Shown: positions 13,276 to 25,300 of the stretch, in pieces
Layout: the number at the start of each line of letters is the position of its first letter
Position numbering within the stretch: the first letter of the stretch is position 1
Origin: Octopus bimaculoides
Lineage: Eukaryota
Reading direction: 5' to 3'
NCBI RefSeq assembly: GCF_001194135.2
Contig: NC_068986.1
Span: 45,718,409 to 45,782,408, forward strand
DNA length: 64,000 nucleotides
Notes under the pieces: model-generated
Told to the model about the DNA's origin: nothing
The model's database searches: none
The model's input: only the letters and a program-made list of their open reading frames with translations
Position numbers and translations under genes: made by a program

Positions 13276-13856
13276 ATATAATATATAAATATAAATAATA
13301 ATAAATGCCCTGATGCAGTACCAGACAGTGGATGTCATGGCTTTCAATTTTAACTGATTGGAAGTGTTATCATGTACACTGTTTTTTGTCTTGGTATAAA
13401 AGATGGGCTGGAGCAAATATTCTGCTCAGTACCACAGATTTGCTTGTCAGTTATTTGACCTTAACCAGTTGAACCCTCGGTGGCTGACGATATGTGCATC
13501 TTTGATCACGAGCAGAAGTAGTGCGGGAGCATCATAGCCATGTGTTGAGAGGAATTCTTTGGTATTTAAATAATTCACCTCTGGAAACATAGGTGTTTCG
13601 TTCAACATCTTTAAACATACCTTATCAAGAGACATTTTGAACCGGATGGGCTACCCGACCGGAAGAAAATTCTAACTGGGCCCCACCTGCACTGTTTATC
13701 TGGATATGAAATTACCATGTCGCGCACACTTGGTTGTGATGCATGTGGCTGGTGTACCCCTAAATGATGGGTAGTCATGATGGGTAAACAGGACTTCATA
13801 TATATTTTACTCCAGTGTTACTTTGATGGCATGCACTGCTTTCTCACTCAATAATG

Positions 13857-13927
<71 letters not shown>

Positions 13928-16900
13928 CTCTTCCAACGTAGGCATAACATCTCACAGTTGAGTGGAAGAGACTACACGATTATGTTCACCGCAGTGTTTG
14001 ACGGGTTCTTTATTTTATCACCTTTGGAGTGATGAAAGCAAAGTTCACCTCAGCAAACGTGAAATCAAAAGGTAAAGAATTGTAACAAATAATGCAAAGC
14101 ATTTTATTACATACTCTAAAGAGGATCTTTTTTAAAACGGGGCCACATTTTTCATTAATGTTTTACGTAGTGTTTTTGGTACCGAAAGACTTTCAAACTT
14201 CGTATACTTATCTATTTTGTGTTATAGAACAGAAAAATATTTTTGTATTCGAATTTATTTCATGTAAAAAATTGTCTTATTTCGATAATTTCAACCAATC
14301 ACTGACGTCCATTCAGCCGATATACATTAAGTGCCGACTACATAAACAAACGATTCTTCGTTTTATTTGCTTTTTTCATTTTAAATTTGCTTTAACCCTA
14401 ACCCTAACTCTAACCCTAACCCTAACCCTAACGCTAACCCTAGGGTTAGGCTTAGGGTTAGAGTTAGGGTTAGGCTTAGGGTTAGAGTTAGGGTTAGGGT
14501 TAGAGTTAATTGTTTCAGAATCGTTTGTTTATGTAGTCGGCACTTAATGTATATCGGCTGAATGGACGTCAGTGATTGGTTGAAATTACAGAAATACGAC
14601 AACTTTAACATGGAATAATTTATGGATTTCTTTTTTTTTTAAGAAGACTAAGAGAAAAAGATGTTTTATATGACACATTCTACCAGTGTTCCAAGTTTCA
14701 AAGTGTTTCGTTAATGAAAAATGTGGCCCCCGTTTTAAAAAAGATCCTCTAAAGATTTTGCCATTCGTCTGCCCACGGCATCTTAAATAATAAAAATAAC
14801 ACTACAGTCGAGGTTAAAAGTTTGAAACATTTTTTTACAAACTAAAATTGTTATGTTCAAGTACAATTCGATTCAAATATACAAGATATATATTTCAACA
14901 TCAAATATAAAAATTCTAATTTTCAGACCTATGCTCCAAACTTTTGGCCCAGTAATATTATATTGCAAATTAAATATAACTTTGGCCATTTAATATAAAA
15001 ATTCTAATTTTTAGACCTATGTTCTAATCGTTTGGCCACAACTAATACCAAAAGTAAATTGTGTTTGAAATTTGTGGGATGGTATAGTTTCTTACTGTAT
15101 ATTTTACAATATCTTATTTAATGTCTCAGATGACTTGTTTCAAATACTAGCAATATAAAGTTTCTTTTCCCTTCATCTCCTTTTGCAAGCAGTGAAACTT
15201 GAAAAAATATGAGACACATTTCTTCCTTGAATATAACAATTTAGCCCACTCTTAAGTAAAACATTGAATTACATTACTTTTAATGAGTTACATATATGAA
15301 TTAAGAATGGAATACCGTCACCAAGCAGAGTTGTGATAGATGCACAATATGAAGATAAAGTCTTCAAGTAGTTCCTCAAAAGCACATTAGTCTATATCAG
15401 GGGTTTTCAAACTTTTTGACTTGCGGACCCCTTTATATTTCAAGCTTTACCTTAGGGACCCCCTTATAAACGCTTATGAAATTTATACATAAATATTTGC
15501 TTAAAATAACATATATTTTTACATTTATTTATTTAACAGTATTTAACAAATTGGTTTATTGTCAATTAAAAGATTTCGATTAAAAAACATATATAAAATC
15601 AAATTGCCCATAAAAAGTATTTGCTGTCTACGGACCCCCTGTCTTGTCCTTGCGGACCCCCTGTGGTCCGCGGACCACAATTTGAAAACCCCTGGTCTAT
15701 ATGATCCGTATTTCATAAAAATTAAGATATAACGAATGATATTAAAAGTAGTATAAATGAAACTAGATATCATGCAAGTCCTTATCTGAATGTCTCTTTT
15801 ATGAAGTTATATTACTACATTGAATGTCTTTTGGAGGATATGGTTCTATATTTACCCGCATTGCTCTTCTCTTGTGCTGTTTAGTGGTTGTTTCAAAGTA
15901 CGACTACACTTATCAAATGCATCACCGTTGCAACTGGTTTCTGCAAAAGCAAAAAATAAAGAAATTGCGTGTATTGAACAAAACAAATATCAACATATTT
16001 CAGTTCTTAAGTTGGGGAATATTCAATTATTTATAACCAATAATAGAGAACAACATTTAAATGTGTTTAACCATACGCTTGTGTTTGTGTGTTGGTGTGT
16101 GTGTATGTGTGCGTGTGACTGAGCCTATAATTCAACTTTGTAAAAACATTTATATGTTCATGTATATGTGTGTGTACACACACACACAAACATACATTCA
16201 CACACACAGAAACATACACTCACAAACACAGAAACATACACTCACACACAGAAACATACACTCACACACAGAGAAACATACACTCACACACATACATGAA
16301 TATTGTTTATTTACAGCACGTGTTTTGAATCATATATACAGGTATGTCATATTTTCCGTTTGTTCGCTTTTTATTTAATCCTCGCTCAGACGCAGATGCA
16401 CTCTGTATCGACAGCAGATTGCATTCCAAGAATGCAGAATGATACCCTTTAGTGAACATATTGAGAAATGCGCAAAACAAATGCTATCACAATTTGTAAT
16501 CTTTCCATTCTATCAATGTGCCATTGGAACACCAACACAAATTAGATTAAATAAGGAAACCTTCTTCATTGAAAAATATAACCCAAAACTCAACCATTTC
16601 TAACATTTTTAAATAAGGAAACTCACCTCATTGAAAAAAATATAAAGCAAAACCTAACCACTTGTAACACTCTATTCCTTCTAAACCAAATCATGTTAAA
16701 TTAATCAAATCTCACTTATTATCTCCCTTATACCGGAAAAAATCCTTGATTACCTTCCCCTATCTAGAACTCCATATTTTACACCATAGTGAAGACATGA
16801 CACGATACAGGTAGAGAAATGTGAGAAATTTGAAAAGAAAATACGAAACCGGTTATTTCTCCAAAAACAATGTTACTATACTCAAAATTTTATAACATTT

Positions 16901-17873
16901 TTCTAACATAACGATTTAAATATATACTTTAACCATATAACACAAGCCTTCTGTAGTTTTTCACTCTTTTTTATCTTATATATATATATATATATATATC
17001 GTCGGTAAAACATAAATCCGAAATAGAAGTACACTCTAAGTTACAGAGCAGTATATTATATAAAGTTAGATAAGGCCGGTTTATGGGGTTACCCTTGGTT
17101 TCATGTCGATAAAGCGCTTAGCTTTACAGCGTATCGTCACATCCCAAACTCGTTGGCTTATGGCCTTTCTATCATGTGGTCTCTTAATAAAATGGAAGAG
17201 AAAGACTTCATTACTCTGTCAACAGCAGAAGATTGTCTCCTTTTGGTTGTCAATCGTAAATGACCCTGTTATCATGTGGGTCTCAGTAGGCCAGCAGTGA
17301 TTTCCTGGAGTGCAACCATTGTCCGAAGACCTTCATTCTGCAGTTAAGGATGTTCCCCGGATCGAAGGAGTCTTTCAGTATCCTCACCCGTTCAGCTATG
17401 TACTATTTACAACTCTTGGTCTCGTTTATGCCGGGGCCTGGATTTTTTAGGATTCTCTGGAGCACCGCCTTTAGTCGAGCAAATTGACTCCAGGACTTAT
17501 TCTTTGGAAGCCTAGTACTTAGTCTATCGGTCTCTTTTGTCGAACCGCTAAGTTATGGGGACGTAAACACACCAGCATCGGTTGTCAAGCAATGTTGGGG
17601 ACAAACACAGACACACAAACATATACACACATATATATACATATATACGACAGGCTTCTTTCAGTTTCCGTCTACCAAAGCCACTCACAAGGCTTTGGTC
17701 GGCCCGAGGCTATAGTAGAAGACACTTGCCCAAGATGCCACGCAGTGNNNNNNNNNNNNNNNNNNNNNNNNNNNNNNNNNNNNNNNNNNNNNNNNNNNNN
17801 NNNNNNNNNNNNNNNNNNNNNNNNNNNNNNNNNNNNNNNNNNNNNNNNNNNNNNNNNNNNNNNNNNNNNNNNN

Positions 17874-17909
<36 letters not shown>

Positions 17910-20900
17910 GTTTTCTTCTCTTGAAATCATAAAATTGTTGTAAACTAATGTTATTTCCAATCTTCTGTAAAAACATGTCTGGCCACCTGCTTGGAAACAG
18001 ATGAGGGGTTGTGACATGAATGGCATCCAGGTGTAGAAAATTTGCCTCAGTAAACTCTGATCCACGGATAAATGGACGAGAAAGCAACGATGAATATATA
18101 TAGTATATATGATGAGTATATTGTATGTGGGGTGTTTGCGTCCACATGTACGCTATCCTTGAAGGATTTATAGAAGTGCAACCCAAAGTTTCTTGGACCG
18201 GAAAAATGAATAAGAAAGAAGCTGAATCTGTCTAAGCCATTAAACACTCATAACATTAAAGTCACCTTTGGTAAAGAGTCAGTGAAACTTCAGAAAATTT
18301 ATATAATTTATGTTTCTACAGAGCGCATCATTAATATAACTTTAGATATATATTATTTCTAAAATGCATCAGAAGGCACAAATGGATGCAGTGCTATATC
18401 TGTAGAGTAACTCTGGAGGCGCAATGGCCCAGTGGTTAGGGCAGCGGACTCGCGGTCATAGGATCGCGGTTTCGATTCCCAGACCGGGCGTTGTGAGTGT
18501 TTATTGAGCGAAAACACCTAAAGCTTCGCGAGGCTCCGGCAGGGGATGGTGGCGAACCCTGCTGTACTCTTTCACCATAAATTTCTTTCACTCTTACTTC
18601 CTGTTTCTGTTGTGCCTGTAATTCAAAGGGTCAGCCTTGTCACACTGTGTCACGCTGAATATCTCCGAGAACTACGTTAAGGGTACACGTGTCTGTGGAG
18701 TGCTCAGTCACTTGCACGTTAATTTCACGAGCAGGCTGTTCCGTTGATCGAATCAACTGGAACCCTCACCCTCAACGTCGTAAGCGACGGAGTGCCAATA
18801 ACAATGTAGAGTAACTGAATAAATTTTTTTTTATATATATTTCATAATGGCATTATTAGGTTTTTATGAATGTACTTCAGTCATAGGAGCACAGGAAGAA
18901 TTAGTTGAAAATGCATTTCTGATGCATTTTGACAAAAAGCTACATATAACTACTCTTAAGTATAGCTAAAGCGATATTTCTTGATAATATTGGTTTCAGA
19001 TTTTAGTGTAATCAACCTCAGTGCCCAACTAGTAATTAATTTATTGATTCCGAAAGGATGTAAAGCAATGTTGATATTGGCGGAATTTGAACTCAGAACA
19101 TTTTGTCTGGCGTGCTAACGATTCTTCCAGCTCGTCACTTTTATATAGCTGATAACAGTAACTGACGGTCGTTAGCAGGTCGGGCAAAATATTTAGCGGT
19201 ATTTTGTCCGTCTTCACCTCTTGAGTTCGACTTTACTTGTCATCCTTTCGGAGTCAATAAATTAAGTTCCAGTTAAGTACATGGTGTCGAGGCAATCGAT
19301 TTACCCCTTCTCCTGAAAATTGCTGCCCTGGTGCCAAGATTTGAAGTCAATATTAATAACTCATATGAATTTGAATTTATTATATTTTTTGCTGGAATAT
19401 TTTTATCATTGATCTTTTATTTGTTTCAATTATTTAACTGCGGTCATGCTGGGGCACCGCCTTGGATATTAATATTTTTTAAAAACAATATTTTCCTGGA
19501 GTTATTAAAAATATCATTGAAAGAGGAAATACTTACCACATCCATAAAAAGCGTATTGATCAGAGATTTTCTGTTCTGTAGGACAGACAGTATTCTTTGA
19601 ACATTGAACGGCCAATGATAATTGTCTGTAAAGTAATAAAACAAATTTCTTATCCAAAAGTAAACAATTGTGGAGCTGTCGGTTAAAAAACTATATTTCT
19701 GATCAGCTTTTAATCGCTAGTTACTTTTTACTTAATAGAAATGAGCTTGTAATAAAAGCAAGCATAGATACAGTTCATTTCGATAATGAACAGATCACTT
19801 TATCTTGGAGACTTCAGTTGTTGGCAAAATAGATGTTGAATGTAATCCAATAATAGAAATATATACATTTCAATAGCTACTTCGCACAGTTGGTCCTGAT
19901 GTTTATATCAAAGTATACAACATTGTTAAAAATAAATTGTAGTGCTGCTTTACAAAATACCATTATACAACTTGTGCCATTTTAACAAATCTTTTTTTTT
20001 TTGTCAGCTGAAAATTTACTCTTTTTCAAAAGATCTATGAAACAGTAACTTTGAAAACTATAGTAACACCTCTCCTCTTCTCAACTGTTCTTCACACTCA
20101 TTTTAATGCAAATTATTGAGTATATAATACGTATGTGTAAAAATCCTCAAAGTCAATATCAATTTATTTAATTTGTCTTTTATTAAACTCTCCAAATTAC
20201 ACAACAATGTTTTATTACTGCCATTTTTGAATTTAAGTTACCTACCTGTGGAGGTACATGGCCTAATGGTTAGAGCAGCGGACTCGTGGTCGAGGGATCA
20301 CGAGTTCGAATCTCAGACCTGGTGATGTGTGTGTTTATGAGCAAAACACCTTAGCTCCACGCGGCTCCAGCTGAAAGTAATGGCGAACTTCTGCTGACTC
20401 TTTCGCCACAACTTTCTCTTACTCTACCCTCCTGCATCTAGCAGCCCATCTGCGACGAACCGGTGTCCCGTCCAGGTAGGGAACCTATACGCCAATGAAA
20501 TCGGAAAATTGACCCTTATGAGCCAGGCATGGCTCGAGAAGGAACAAACAACAACACCAAACTATTCCTACTCTGAGCCTTGTCAGAGCCTTCGAACTCT
20601 CAGAATTTGAAACCAATATAATTTTGCTAAATTTTAACAACTATTGATATGCTTACTATGTTCTTATTTTTTGTATCAGAGAAAAGTGCATATGGCTGGA
20701 CATAAACACACTGTTCCAGTGAAGAGATTACTGCATCTAACACACTAGAATTTGAATTCTGTACATAATGCACACACGTACGCACTTATATGCGTGTATG
20801 AATGTGTATATAAGTGTGTGTGTTTGAGTCTGTATATATATATATATGTATATAATGTATGTATGTCTATAAAAATATGTACATATACATTTACACACAC

Positions 20901-20920
20901 ACACACACACGCACATATAC

Positions 20921-20981
<61 letters not shown>

Positions 20982-22313
20982 ATGCCCACTACTGGAATGA
21001 CCTGATCTTCTCCATAGGAAGAATAACGGAGTACCTCATCACAAAGTTCAAAAAGTTGGCATATTATTATTATTATTGTTACTATTGTTGCTGCTGTTGT
21101 TGTTGTTGTTGTTATCATCATCATTATTATTATTATTACTATTAGAGTATCAATAACTCCTCTAGAAATAACTTCCACATAGACCCATCCGCCACATACA
21201 GAACTGACACGCACGCACCCAACAAATTTTAACATAAACAGNNNNNNNNNNGTAGTATATTCCCTTATTGGGATTGTCACATTAAGTTGACAATATACAA
21301 TAGTTGTCCAATTAGATGAGAAGAATTAACTGTATAAATTACCCCTCCCCAAATAGCAGCAGAATCTCTAATACCCACTGCTGGAATGACCTGATCTTCA
21401 CCACAGGAATAACGGAGCACCTCCTCACAAAGTTCAAAAAGTTGGCATATTATTATTATTGTTGTTATTATCATCATCATCATTATTATTATTACTATTA
21501 GAGTATTAATAACTCCTCTGGAAATAACTTCCACATAGATCCATCCACCACATACAGAACTGACACGAACGCACGCAGCAAATTTATAAAATATAAACAG
21601 CTTTCAAAACGCAATGAATAGCGTTAGTGCTAGGGATCATGTACGTATGGGAATGTTTGTGTATACATATATGTATGTATGTACGCATGTGTGAGGAGAT
21701 AGATATATATATATATGTATATTTCCCCCTCACATGTGGTGACAGTGACTGTTGACGTACATCTGGACACACATATGTACTCATCTATCTATGCTTTTGT
21801 ATCCATAGATATCTACGTATGGTTATGTACACAGGCACAAGCATGTGTTTTGGAGTGTTTATAACTATTTATATGGTTTTATATACTGTTTGTAGGCTTT
21901 TATGTGCCTTATATTTTTATATTTTCATCTTTCATTTATTTTTATTTTTACTTTATTCTTATTTTTATTTTATATTTGTATTGAATTTTGTAAATCTCTG
22001 AAGAGGCTTAGCGAATCATGCATGTACCTCCATTACATCATTTCATCTGCTAATTACTCCGGCGCACAGGAGGTATAGAGATAGAATGGGGCATGCCAAC
22101 GCTAGGCCGAAACAGCTGTAAGTTTCTGTACATTCTCCAATTGCTAAATGTACTTTATATTTGTAACCTTAATTGTTAATATGACATGGTATGTCATAAG
22201 CATCTGTATATTGTGGTTTATCTCGTTTTAGTTATAAAATAAACAAATTAATCAACGGAATACACTGTCTGCAAGTCGATGGATACCGCATATTCTCCTC
22301 CATTTTCTCATTG

Positions 22314-22367
<54 letters not shown>

Positions 22368-25300
22368 CTTCTTTCAGTTTCCGTATACCAAATCCACTCA
22401 CAAAGCTTTTGTCGGCTCGAAGGAAGCGATAGTAAAAGACACTTGCTCAAGGAGGCACGCAGTACCACTGAACCCGTAACCATGTGGTTAAGAAGCAAGC
22501 TTCTTACTGAATACCCACACCTGCACCTGTAATATTTATAAATCTCTGTATAGTGTATGTAGTGTGCCCGTGTTTATATATGTGTATATGGATGCATGCG
22601 TGTATATGTGAATGTGTGAGTGTGTGTATATACGGATGTGGATATGTGAACGTTTGTTTGCGTGTATGTGTGTGTATAGATGTGTGTGTTTATATCAACC
22701 CTGTCTCTATCTACTAACAGTTTCTTTGTTCGTTTAAAATTTAACTTCACAATAGGCCATCAACCAGCCTCAGCTGTTTACCCTAATTTATTAAGGACTC
22801 TGAATGGTCCTGCGCTATTTGGTATTGTCCTTATTATTATTGTTGTAAAAGCGGCGAGCTGGCAGAATCTTTGGCACACCGGGAGAAAATGCTTAGCGGT
22901 ATTTCGTCTGCCGTAACGTTCTGAGTTCAAATTCCGCCGAGGTTGACTTTACCTTTCATCCTTTCGGGGTTGATTAAATAAGCACCAGTTACACACTGAG
23001 GTCGATGTAATCGACTGACCCCTTTCACGAAAATTTCAGGCCTTTTGCTTATAGTAGAAAGGATTATTATTGTTGTTATTAAGGCTGTGAGTTTGCAGAA
23101 TCGTTGGTATATCAGACGAAATGTTTAGTGACATTTTATTTGTCTTTATATTCGAGGTCACATTCCCTTGATACCAACTTTGCCTTTCATCGTTTCAGGG
23201 TTGACGAAATAAGTACCAGTTGAGCAGAGGAGTCTATAATCGGCTAATTCCCTCCTATCAAATTTCAGGCCTTGTTCTTATAGTAGAAAGGATTATTATT
23301 ATTATTGGTGATAGGGTTTTTTTAGCATCTATTTTTTATCATATGTTTGGACTCAAATAACTATGGTTTGGATGCTCTGTCTCCTGTAACGTTGTGTAGC
23401 ACATAAGGTTGTTGATAATTTGCATAACAGAATATATATCGTGCCTTCAATACTTGTTATAGTATCTGTTGCATGACAAAGATGATTTGTTTGCAACATT
23501 GTGTAATGTATCTACGAGTGTCATGCAATTATGATGGTAAATTATTGAAACATGTGTATTTTCTATAGAGTCTTGAATGCCATACCTGGTTTCTGTTTGT
23601 TATGTGTGTATATGTGCATGTGTGTGTGGTGAGGAGTTTTTAGATACATTTATATACATTATGCCTCTTCTTAATTAAACTTTATCCTATTTAGAACAAA
23701 GCAAATATTTGATTTACTCCTACATCTCTTTGTGCAACCATTGTTTGTTGCTTTTTCTATTAATTTTTTCTGCCTTTTCTACCTTTTCATCCACTTCAAC
23801 ATGTGGAGGCGTAATGGCCCAGTGGTTAGGGCAGTGGATCTGCGGTCATAGATTCGTGGTTTCGATTCCCAGATCGGGCGTTGTGAGTGTTTATTGAGCG
23901 AAAACACGTAAAATTCCGCGAGGCTCCGGCAGGGGATGGTGGCGAACCCTGCTGTACTCTTTAACCACAACTTTCTCTCACTCTTACTTCCTGTTTCTCT
24001 TGTGCCTGTAATTCAAAGGGTCAGCCTTGTCACACTGTGTCACGCTGAATATCCCCGAGAACTACGTTAAGGGTACACGTGTCTGTGGAGTGCTCAGCCA
24101 CTTGCACGTTAATTTCACGAACAGGCTGTTCCGTTGATCGGATCAACTGGAACCCCCGACGTCGTAAGCGACGGAGTGCCAACAACAGCACTTCAACTTA
24201 CTCTTCTTTTTTCACATATTCACATCCATCTTACTCCTTTCTTCATCATACTTTTTTTATCCTCCCAACTAAGGCAATAATCAAACGTCCTCACCAAACG
24301 TTTTAATATGCGAACTAACTTCTTCTGCATTGTGCTAAATGCCAGCCATGTCTAGAAAGACCTGCATATATAAACTACCATCTGAATACAATTTAGTCAC
24401 TATCTCAGTCACTATCATTAAAATTATATATACATACATGCATACATACATACATGCATGCTTGCATGCATACATACATACATACATATATGTGTGTTGT
24501 GTGTATATGTGTGTGTGTGTATCTGTGTTTGTGTACTTGATTTGTGAACTTGAATTAACAATGCTTTGTTTATCCACAAATAAGGAATATTTATCCACCA
24601 ATGATGCTGAGCACCCATTCCATCATGGTTTTGGGCTCCGTCCCACTGTACACCTTTGGTAAATGCCTTCTACTTTAGCCTTGGGTCATTCAACACCTTG
24701 TGGTGAATTTGGTAGATTTAAATTGTGTGAAAGCCTATTGTATATATGTGTGTATGTGTATGTGTATGTGTGTGTGTATGTGTGTTTGTGTGTGTGTGTG
24801 TGTACATGTGAGTGTGTTTGTACGTATGCATGTGTATATATATCTTTGAGTGTGTCTTTTTGTTTGCATTTGTCCTCCACAATTGCTTCAGATTTCTTAT
24901 TAGTTTGTTTGCATCCCTGTAACTTAGTGGTTTGGCAAAAGAGCCTGATAGAATAAATTTCAGATTTAAGAATAAATATTAGGTTTGATTTCTTTGACTA
25001 AGTCCTTCAAGGCAGTGCCTCAGCATGACCTCTGTCCAATGACTAAAACAAGGAAAAGAAAAATAAAGAAGGATGTATGTATGTGTGTGAAAGCACATTA
25101 AATTTAAAATATTTATGCATTGTGAATAACTGTTGTAGTTGTAATGGATTAGATCTTTGATTCCATTTTATAGTTTGTGAATAATAGATTATATTCTCGA
25201 TTATGTTCTATAACTTAGAGAGCATTTGTTTAAAGCATTATGTCATTAGATTATATAATAGATTAATTAGGAAGATTTTTATGTTAATAATATTATGCAA

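Noticed and set aside
14395-14506. TTAGGG arrays as a true telomere or chromosome fusion site
   Set aside because: They sit inside a TIR/TSD-bounded element present twice in the window.
16780-16855. Hammerhead ribozyme in the Penelope 3' region (gtgaagac..cgaaacc)
   Set aside because: Core deviates from CUGANGA and I could not find the stems; at most a decayed remnant.
18413-18485. tRNA genes at SINE heads (also 23801, 39094, 45768)
   Set aside because: The heads continue into ~320 bp of shared SINE body, with TSDs in at least two copies; no clean cloverleaf.
20657-20758. Phase 0-0 candidate exon [17 protein letters not shown]..
   Set aside because: Phase incompatible with flanking exons; poor acceptor.
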